A stretch of DNA of 64,000 bases, taken from NCBI GenBank assembly GCA_034667745.1, contig JAXDQP010000062.1:958-64957 (forward strand). The letters are read 5' to 3'. The stretch comes from Thermoplasmata archaeon. GTDB lineage: Archaea; Thermoplasmatota; E2; JACPAO01; JAHFTW01. The notes below the pieces were generated by a model, which worked only from the letters and a program-made list of their open reading frames with translations, made no database searches and was not told the DNA's origin. The position numbers and the translations under genes are program-made. Below, piece by piece: positions 57,901 through 64,000 of the stretch; positions within the stretch are counted from its first letter, which is position 1; every line of letters begins with the position of its first letter.

Positions 57901-58051
57901 GCACCCACCACTCGTTGCCGCCGCCGTCCGCGAACGACACGGTGCGTCCGTTGGGCATCGCCTGCGGATGGTTGGCGGTGGCGGGGAACGCGAACGCCAG
58001 GAGGAGAAAAGCCAAGATGGCGGCCGCTGGGCGCGCGCGTCGTCCCCGCAT
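54989..58051 (-). CDS. secreted modular protein: two GNEWWVQ repeats, carbohydrate-binding-like modules, PQQ-type beta-propeller
   Basis: RR-containing signal peptide, poly-Pro linkers, FTND....DRNLILD, repeated ALDA.TG...W propeller blades. Confidence 0.8.
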   Translation of the reverse strand: MRGRRARPAAAILAFLLLAFAFPATANHPQAMPNGRTVSFADGGGNEWWVQVRLGGMDGATASSVQAMDTGGPWVALSPQAWTSDHTWWAGSFHVEPGNQVRFRASFPGGASNFESCWFTHPGAVEQCGTPPPPPPPPPPPPPPSGNFTATFSGVQGNEWWVQASVNANQPLAGVDARAGCPATWTALTKQSWGGWAASFHVTPGSKVDFRARSTGGAAALSGGYTWPSATPTTACSGSPPPPPPPPPPPPGSPGSLEAEAFAVKSTGGKVLTGSASGGAAWNLWTNGYVEDHVAGDGTNPLTIVARGTPLGGAWPQMQVRVDGALVYTVAVASAAFADYAAPILPSGDHLLRISFTNDAASSTEDRNLILDVVRTGAASTFPGGPFTLAAGQSRSFQFAWMGGPGDLLAMVATPPELNVRQRVQVDVDGVLAQDALVAGPVARPRLTPFDLPGGQRTVTYRAVGGPVVLSDLRIDGSPPPLTFTGAAARVHSGGAAEGPGWKFTDFGFLESPVVVQESGWYDLRVQGAGTVATVGPLVHLWLNRTVVAEAVQGTTIDLTAQRYLVAGVGYTLGASFEDPFTGPTARFDTLSVTPSASVPSPLPIATVDPPAEATGWPQYGRDSWNTRSNPDPTLPSPTAPGVTLRWRAHVDGSVTATPAVVDGRVYVGTWGKSMYALNAATGAVVWRTTLPAPVDGSASLSDGLVLVGAGPTLYALRADTGAIAWSHAFTGRLWASPTVQGGDLFVGVDADRGYVARLVPATGALVWQVPTAPQPNSGARVWASPLAPGGSGLVVVGTSPGTDTGQPATMDSLLALDRADGHLVWSHRFFPYDTNQETTPEVTRAMNRDLSGTPHLAVVAGRPVVLASEKHGPAWAVDLGTGALLHGSHLLEMRTALVGSGGYADGVEVISSTDADRIAGFDAATGDLLWEQSLPSTAFAPVAIGNGLAWIGSYAGQLKAYDLHTGREAVSLDAGGGVLGGAALADGRIVVGALDLPAGGGSFEASLGQLPGTVSLWSP

Positions 58052-58161
58052 GCGCCCCGATTGGCGACCGCAGGCCGAATCCGCATCCCTATGGGCAACC
58101 CTAGGGCTGCAAAGGTGGGGGGTTCCGCAACCGTTTTCCACCACCGCGCCCGCTCTGCCCT

Positions 58162-58950
58162 GTGCGGGCCTTCCTCCTCGCGGCGCTCCTGCTGGCGGGC
58201 TGCCTGTCGCCGCCCGCCGCTCCCGCAGGCCCAGCAGCCGTGACGGGGCCGGCGACCCATGCGTGGGGCCTGTCGGAGTGCGCCTTCGCCATCGCGCGCG
58301 TCGCCGTGCCCGCGGCCGCCCTCCAGCAGCTCCTTCCAGAGGGGTTCGCGCCCGCGCCGTCCGACCTGCCCGGCGCCGCGGGGGCGCCCGGCGCGGAGCT
58401 GCACCTCGACGCCTACGTGTGCAAGGCCGGCGTGGGCCTCGACGGCTCACCGCTGCGGGAGGTGCAGTACGGCTCCTACTATGTTCCCGCGATTCCGCCG
58501 GCTGCCCTCAAGGAACCCGGCTACGACGCCTATTTCGTGAAACTCCAGCACCTCGTCCCCGACGCGGCCCGGCGCGAGGTCCTAGCGGCAGGCGGCCTGC
58601 CCGCGCTCAACGGCTCGGCCACGGTCACCTCTCTGGGGCCGCGTTGGACGGCCCACCTCGCTCTGGGCGGCGCCGGCGGCTTCTCGCTCGACGGCGTCGC
58701 GCAGCCCGCCACCCCGCAGGGTGCGCCGCTGCCCTTCATCGAGTACACGCCGCTCGCGAAGGGCGGCCTCGCCCGCTGGCACGCGCGGCTGCACGACGCC
58801 ACGCTGGCCTCCGGCGACGGCGTCCTCCGGCTGGCGCCCGGGAAGATGCGCGACCTGGTGGGCGCCGAAGAGGTCCCGGTGCGGTTCCTGGCGGGAACGT
58901 GGAACCTCGACCACGCGGACGTCACGTTCCCGCTGCCTTGGCCGCGCTGA
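58162..58950 (+). CDS. lipoprotein, hypothetical
   Basis: MRAFLLAALLLAGC lipobox; LLPEGF.P. Confidence 0.7.
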   Translation: MRAFLLAALLLAGCLSPPAAPAGPAAVTGPATHAWGLSECAFAIARVAVPAAALQQLLPEGFAPAPSDLPGAAGAPGAELHLDAYVCKAGVGLDGSPLREVQYGSYYVPAIPPAALKEPGYDAYFVKLQHLVPDAARREVLAAGGLPALNGSATVTSLGPRWTAHLALGGAGGFSLDGVAQPATPQGAPLPFIEYTPLAKGGLARWHARLHDATLASGDGVLRLAPGKMRDLVGAEEVPVRFLAGTWNLDHADVTFPLPWPR

Positions 58951-58952
58951 GG

Positions 58953-59585
58953 TCAGTCGGCGGCGCGGCGCACCGGCGCGACCGGGCGGGCAGGCCGGTT
59001 GGCGCGCTCCTCGTGGCCCTCGCGTGCCGGCTCGCGCACCTGCTTCATGGCGTTGCTCCACGCCACGAGCTGGCCGAGCATCGTGTCGAGGATGCCCGCG
59101 TGGTGCGGCAGCGGCTTGAACGTGCGGTAGCTCTCGAAGTCCGTCGCGAGGCTAAGGGCGACCTGGGCGCGCACGGTGGCGACCTGGACCTCGGCCATGA
59201 CGAGGCGCAGGTGCTCGACGGCGCGGACGCCGCCCATGCTGCCGTACGAGACGAACCCCGCCGCCTTGTTGTTCCATTCCTTGTAGAGGAAGTCGATGGC
59301 GTTCTTGAGCGCGCCAGGGATGCCGTGGTTGTACTCGGGGGTCACGAAAACGAAGCCGTCGTACTGCGCGACCTTCGCGGCCCAGGCGATGGTGTGCGGC
59401 CGGTTGTGCTGGCCCAGCGACGGCGGCAGCGGCTCGTCCAGGAGGGGGAGGCCCTGCTCGGCAAGGTCGACCAACTCGAACTCGGCGTCGGTGCGCTGGC
59501 TGGCCAATTCGTGGACCCACCTGGCGACGGCCTCGCCATTGCGGCCGGGGCGCGTGCTGCCAAGGATGACTGCGATGCGGGGCAT
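58953..59585 (-). CDS. NADPH-dependent FMN reductase
   Basis: ILGSTRPGR, VTPEYNHGIPGALKNAID. Confidence 0.92.
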   Translation of the reverse strand: MPRIAVILGSTRPGRNGEAVARWVHELASQRTDAEFELVDLAEQGLPLLDEPLPPSLGQHNRPHTIAWAAKVAQYDGFVFVTPEYNHGIPGALKNAIDFLYKEWNNKAAGFVSYGSMGGVRAVEHLRLVMAEVQVATVRAQVALSLATDFESYRTFKPLPHHAGILDTMLGQLVAWSNAMKQVREPAREGHEERANRPARPVAPVRRAAD

Positions 59586-59642
59586 AGCCGGTGCCGAGCG
59601 GTTTCTTGAATTAAGGCTGCCACTCCCGGCAAGGGAAGCGGC

Positions 59643-60209
59643 TCAGGCCCGTGGGAGCCACGCCTCGACGAGCAGCGCGACGCCCGCGACGGCGAACGCG
59701 GTGGCCGCCGTCCAGCGCAGGGCCTTGGGCGGCAGCCGCGCCAGCACCTTGGCGCCGAGCAGCGCGGCCAGCAGGGCGCTCAGGGCGAGGGCGACGAACG
59801 CGCCGATGCCCACCAGCCAGGCGTTGCCGCTCGCCGCCAGCGTCGCGGTCGCTAACTGCGTCTTGTCGCCCATCTCGGCGAGCAGGATGGCGGCGAAGGC
59901 GCCCACGAACGAGGCCTTCGGCGTCGCGGCCTCCCCGCCGTCGCCCTTGTTGCGCAGCGCGAGCGCGGCCATCGCGAGGAACAGGAGGCCCGCCGCCGTG
60001 CGCAGGAGCCTCGCCGGCACGTAGGCGGCCAGCGCCGCGCCCAGCGTGCAGGCGAGGACGGTGAGGATGGCGAAGGCGGCCCACGCGCCCAGCACGACGC
60101 CGGTGGCGCGGCCGCGCGAGGCCAGGAGGGCCACGGCCAGCTGCGTCTTGTCGCCCAGCTCCGCCACGAAGACGACGGCGAAGGCGAGCAGCAGGTCGCT
60201 GGCGGCCAC
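59643..60209 (-). CDS. TMEM165/GDT1 (UPF0016) cation transporter
   Basis: Two E(L/M)GDKTQ motifs. Confidence 0.93.
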   Translation of the reverse strand: MAASDLLLAFAVVFVAELGDKTQLAVALLASRGRATGVVLGAWAAFAILTVLACTLGAALAAYVPARLLRTAAGLLFLAMAALALRNKGDGGEAATPKASFVGAFAAILLAEMGDKTQLATATLAASGNAWLVGIGAFVALALSALLAALLGAKVLARLPPKALRWTAATAFAVAGVALLVEAWLPRA

Positions 60210-60251
60210 GCTGCGGCCAGGGGGTGGCGCGGAAAGGCGCTTCGGCTAGGG

Positions 60252-60605
60252 CTAGCGGGAGTCGCGGGAGGAGTTGCGGCTGCGGCCGTTGCCTTCGCCA
60301 CTGTCCTCGTCGCTGTCGCGGCGCTCGACGCCGAACACGAGCTTGAGGTTCACCTTGTAGGAGGTGATGCGGCCGTCCTCGCACTGCACGCTCATCGCCT
60401 CGACGTGCGCGCCCGTGATGCCGCGCGTGGTCTGGCGGGCGTCCTCGAGGGCGTTCTGGACCGCCTCCTCGAAGCTGCGGCTGGAGCTGCTGACCAGCTC
60501 GACGACCTTGGCGGTGCGGTGGTCGTGCGTGGCGCTGTCGGACTGGCGGATGGTCTGCGTGGAGGGCATGGCGGTGACCGGCCCGGCGATGGGCGCCTCC
60601 GGCAT
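60252..60605 (-). CDS. dodecin-family protein
   Basis: KVVELVSSS..SFEEAVQNA..DA..T.RGI...YKVNLKLVF. Confidence 0.85.
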   Translation of the reverse strand: MPEAPIAGPVTAMPSTQTIRQSDSATHDHRTAKVVELVSSSSRSFEEAVQNALEDARQTTRGITGAHVEAMSVQCEDGRITSYKVNLKLVFGVERRDSDEDSGEGNGRSRNSSRDSR

Positions 60606-60672
60606 GAATCCAGGAACGGGCCTGACATGTGGGGGCGGCGCCGTTTTCTACGCCACGCGCCTCGGCGCGGCC

Positions 60673-61113
60673 ATGCCAGTGACCGCCATCCAGCTGCGCT
60701 CCATCGAGGCGCGGCGCTTCAGCGACCCCGTCCCCAACCAGCAGATCCGCATCGACCACAACTCGACGCTGACACTGGTGGCGCGCGAGGCCGACGACCG
60801 CCTCCGGGTCGAGTTCGGCTACACCACGAGCTACGGGCCACTAGGCGTCATCAAGATCGAGGGCACGCTCTCCTTCACCGACCCCACGGCGGGCGCGGCG
60901 GCGGACGCGTGGGCGACCTCGCGCAACCTGCCGCCCGAGATGGCGCAGCAGGTGCACGGCGCCGTCATGGGCATGGCCGTCCCCGAGGCGGTCGGCCTCG
61001 CGAAGGAGCTGCGCCTGCCGCCCCCGATTCCCCTGCCGCAGATCCAGTTCCAGGCCCCCGCGGCGCCCGCCAAGCCCAAGGCGGACTCCTTCGGCTCGCC
61101 CGAAGTGGGATAG
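60673..61113 (+). CDS. conserved archaeal hypothetical protein (SecB-like fold candidate)
   Basis: IEARRF...IRIDHNST...G.IKIEG...LAKELRLPPPIPLP. Confidence 0.7.
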   Translation: MPVTAIQLRSIEARRFSDPVPNQQIRIDHNSTLTLVAREADDRLRVEFGYTTSYGPLGVIKIEGTLSFTDPTAGAAADAWATSRNLPPEMAQQVHGAVMGMAVPEAVGLAKELRLPPPIPLPQIQFQAPAAPAKPKADSFGSPEVG

Positions 61114-61171
61114 CCGCAGCAGACCGGAAACCCCTAAAGGCTCCACAGGAGTCGCCTTCCTGTAGATTCGC

Positions 61172-61711
61172 ATGGCGGAAACCGAGACGCTGCAAGCCGA
61201 CGACCCGCGCGCCGAGCTGCGCCGCGAGCAGGACCGCCTCGCCAAGCTCTGGCAGGCGTACAAGAACCAGGAGGACGAGCTGGAGCAGCTGCGCCGCGAG
61301 CGCCCCGTCCTGGTCGAGACCGTCGCCGAGCAGGACCGCGCCATCGCCGGCCTCCGCCGCGAGCAGGCCGCCCTCAAGGAGGCCGCCGGCTTCAAGGACC
61401 GGCACGAGGAGTCCGACCGCCGCAACCGCGTCCTCCTGATCGAGGTCGAGAACCTGAACCGCGAGGTGCGCGCCGCCAACCAGGCCGTCGCCGCCCACCA
61501 GAAGGACCTCGCCGACAAGACCGCGCAGCTCGAGGCGGACCTCCGCAAGGAGCAGGAGCGCCTCGCGAAGCTGTTCAAGGTCTACGAGGAGCAGGAGCAG
61601 GAAGTCGCGGCTGCCAAGGCCCGCCTGGAGAAATGGGAGTCCTGGTTCAGCCGCATGGAGCCCGCCATCGTCGCGCTCCCCAAGTTCTTCGCCGACGCGC
61701 CGCGCGCCTGA
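61172..61711 (+). CDS. coiled-coil protein with internal repeat
   Basis: ELRREQDRLAKLWQAYKNQE / DLRKEQERLAKLFKVYEEQE. Confidence 0.7.
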   Translation: MAETETLQADDPRAELRREQDRLAKLWQAYKNQEDELEQLRRERPVLVETVAEQDRAIAGLRREQAALKEAAGFKDRHEESDRRNRVLLIEVENLNREVRAANQAVAAHQKDLADKTAQLEADLRKEQERLAKLFKVYEEQEQEVAAAKARLEKWESWFSRMEPAIVALPKFFADAPRA

Positions 61712-61801
61712 CGCCCAACCAGACGGGTGGAGTCGGCAGGAGCAGCGAGAAGGACGGCTCCTTCTAGGCCGTGCCTCGCTCGCTCGCTTGGCAGCGCTGT
61801 C

Positions 61802-62338
61802 CTACTTTCCGTTGGCAGCGCGCTCCAAGGCGGCGACGTCGAGTTTCTTCATGTCCATCATGGCCGCGTACGCCCGCGCCGCCCTCTTGGGGTCCGGGTC
61901 CACGAGGAGCTCGAACATGCGGGTGGGGACAATCTGCCACGAGGCGCCGAACTTGTCCTTGAGCCAACCACACTGCTCGGCATCCGGCACCGCGGAGAGG
62001 GCCTTCCAGTAGCGGTCGACCTCGGCCTGGTCCTTGCAGGGAACGTAGAAGGAGACGGCCTCGTTCAGGTGGAAGTAGGGGCCGCCGTTGAGGGCCATGA
62101 ACTTGCGCCCCATGAGGGTGAACTCGACGAGGACCGTGTCCCCCTTCTTGCCAGCCGGGTAGTCGCTTGGCGCCGGCACAACGCGGTCGAGGCTGGACTC
62201 CGGGAAGACGGAGACGTAGAACCTCGCCGCCTTCTCGGCCTGGCCGTCGAACCACAGGCAAGGGGTGACGGTGTCCAAGCCTTGGGACGGCTTGGTCTGC
62301 TTGGCCTGCGTCGTGGACGCCGTCTTGGTTGGAGCCAT
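61802..62338 (-). CDS. VOC/PhnB-family protein
   Basis: TPCLWFDGQAE.AA.FY, LNGGP.F, CGWLKDKFG.SWQIVP. Confidence 0.92.
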   Translation of the reverse strand: MAPTKTASTTQAKQTKPSQGLDTVTPCLWFDGQAEKAARFYVSVFPESSLDRVVPAPSDYPAGKKGDTVLVEFTLMGRKFMALNGGPYFHLNEAVSFYVPCKDQAEVDRYWKALSAVPDAEQCGWLKDKFGASWQIVPTRMFELLVDPDPKRAARAYAAMMDMKKLDVAALERAANGK

Positions 62339-62445
62339 GGGGGTCGCCGGGCGGCGATTCATTGGGCGGCGATAAGCCCGAGGGTTGCGACCGGCCGTGG
62401 AAGAGAGGTAAATAGAACGCGACCTTCGGCCCCGCGGCACACGTC

Positions 62446-62919
62446 ATGGCTTCAAAGAAAGAAGGCACCACCTCATCGAAGAAAGCACGGGACGACGGGG
62501 ACGGCGCTCGGACACGCAAGCCGGCCAAGGCGGCGACGCCCAGCGACCACGCCACAGTCAACGCCTGGATTGCCGCGGTGGCCCCTGAGCGCCGCGCCAT
62601 CATCAAGCGCATCGACCGAATCCTGCGCGACGAGATTCCGGACGTCGTGCGCACCACGAAATGGCGCAAGCCCAGCGAACCCCTGGGCACCCCCTTCTAC
62701 GGGCGCCCCGGCCACGGGTGGGTCGCGATGGTCCACTCCCTCAAGCACGAGATGCGCGTGACGTTCTTCGACGGCGCCAAGCTGGACCCGCCGCTGCCCG
62801 TGGCGGGCAACGCGGGCACGCGCCGCGTCGACATCACGGGCCCGGACGACTTCGACGAAGACCAACTCCGCTCGTGGGCAAGGCAAGCCGCGAAGCTAGA
62901 GGGTTGGGCGCACGTGTAG
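62446..62919 (+). CDS. DUF1801-family protein
   Basis: KW....P.G.PFYG, TFFDGAKLDP, L.SWARQAA. Confidence 0.8.
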   Translation: MASKKEGTTSSKKARDDGDGARTRKPAKAATPSDHATVNAWIAAVAPERRAIIKRIDRILRDEIPDVVRTTKWRKPSEPLGTPFYGRPGHGWVAMVHSLKHEMRVTFFDGAKLDPPLPVAGNAGTRRVDITGPDDFDEDQLRSWARQAAKLEGWAHV

Positions 62920-62953
62920 TGGGGGAGGCCTATTTGCGGGCAAATCCGTCAGG

Positions 62954-64000
62954 CTAGCGAATCTTCGAGCCGGGCGGCACCTTGCGCTGCGGCTCCAGCA
63001 CCGCGACGGTGGTGCCGTCGTCGGCGGCGAGGACCATGCCCTGCGACTCGACGCCGCGCAGCAGCGCAGGCTGGAGGTTGGCGACGAACGCCACCGTCTT
63101 GCCCACCAGTTCGTCGGGCTTGTAGTGGGCCTTGAGGCCCGCGACGACCTGACGCTCGCCCAGTTCGCCCACATCGAGCTTGAGGACGTAGAGCTTGTCT
63201 GCCTTCGGGTGCGGCTCGACGGACTTCACGGTGGCCAGGCGAAGTTGGACGCGCTGAAACTCGTCGATGGTGATGGTGGCGGGCGCTGCGGCCGGACCAT
63301 CCGCGGATTTTGCGGAGGGTGCGGATTTTGCGGGGCTCTGCGGGCTCGGCGCGCCCTGCGGTTGGGCGGGGGTGGATTCTTGCGGGATGTCGGTCGCCTC
63401 CAGTTTGCGGAAGAGGGCCTTGGGCTCCGCGAGGGGCTTGCCCGATTGGAGGGGGAGCCCCGCGGCGGACCAGGGCTGGTCGTGGACGCTGCCGGACTCG
63501 CCGAGCATCTCCCACAGTTGCTGCGCGGCGGTCGGGAGGTAGGGCGCCATGTAGACGCTGAGCGCCTTCAGCAGGCGCAGGAGGCTGTGCAGGTTGGCCT
63601 CGGCCTCGGGGCGGTCGGTCTTGAACTTCGCCCACGGCTGCTGCTCCTGCATCCACTGGTTGCCCTGCGCGGCGAGCGCCATGATGCGCCGCATGCCGGG
63701 GCGGAGCTGGACGGAGCCGAGGTGGAGGGCGAGGTCGTCGCCGCAGGCGTGGATGGCAGCCGTCACCTTGCCGTTGAACGGGTCGGCGGGGGCGGCCGGC
63801 GGGTCGGGGATGCGGCCGACGTTCTTCTGCGTGAAGCTGAGGACGCGGTGCGCGAGGTTGCCGAGGGTGCCGACCAGCTCGTCGTTGACCTTGGCGAGGA
63901 AGTCCTCCCACACCCAGTCGGCGTCGCGGCCCTCGGGCATGTTGATGCTGAGGTAGTAGCGCACGGCGTCGGCCTGGAAGCGGTCGAGGATGTCGTGCAC
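62954..64000 (-). CDS. metG: methionyl-tRNA synthetase, C-terminal part (5' end outside window)
   Basis: D.VRYYL, NDELVGTLGNL.HR, tRNA-binding domain HPKADKLY...NLQPA.LRGVESQGM. Confidence 0.95.
   Translation of the reverse strand: MHDILDRFQADAVRYYLSINMPEGRDADWVWEDFLAKVNDELVGTLGNLAHRVLSFTQKNVGRIPDPPAAPADPFNGKVTAAIHACGDDLALHLGSVQLRPGMRRIMALAAQGNQWMQEQQPWAKFKTDRPEAEANLHSLLRLLKALSVYMAPYLPTAAQQLWEMLGESGSVHDQPWSAAGLPLQSGKPLAEPKALFRKLEATDIPQESTPAQPQGAPSPQSPAKSAPSAKSADGPAAAPATITIDEFQRVQLRLATVKSVEPHPKADKLYVLKLDVGELGERQVVAGLKAHYKPDELVGKTVAFVANLQPALLRGVESQGMVLAADDGTTVAVLEPQRKVPPGSKIR

Noticed and set aside
1..64000. CRISPR array
   Set aside because: No regularly spaced direct repeats or cas genes seen; the repeats present are dispersed inverted pairs.

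Overview
High-GC archaeal chromosome segment. A Thermoplasmatota-like host is inferred from MCM, Hef, HerA, XPD, Nmd3, Cbf5, aIF2-beta with TRAM, UPF0147, DUF357, DUF424 and DUF6015-like genes. It is mostly housekeeping: hutU, arginine biosynthesis (argCJBD, argGHF), lipB, pyrBI, pyrG, adk, cmk, nfo, metG and three tRNAs (Gln-CTG, Val-TAC, Ser-GGA). The main find is a ~5.8 kb integrated mini-provirus (14969-20770) bounded by a 26-bp direct repeat. It carries a probable double-jelly-roll capsid operon but no recognisable integrase, Rep or packaging ATPase. It is inserted at the central dinucleotide of a perfect 12-2-12 palindrome 28 bp downstream of a serine recombinase gene lying OUTSIDE the element. 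The reconstructed attP folds into a long hairpin that exists only in the excised circle, like CTXphi/IMEX elements but apparently using a serine recombinase (inference). Other observations: a dispersed family of 9-bp-periodic inverted-repeat elements, one enclosing a GxxExxY nuclease remnant; a HerA fused to an endonuclease-III-type 4Fe-4S tail; a PyrI lacking its Zn domain; and a lower-GC island of secreted proteins between two tRNAs. All family calls are by eye, without database searches.
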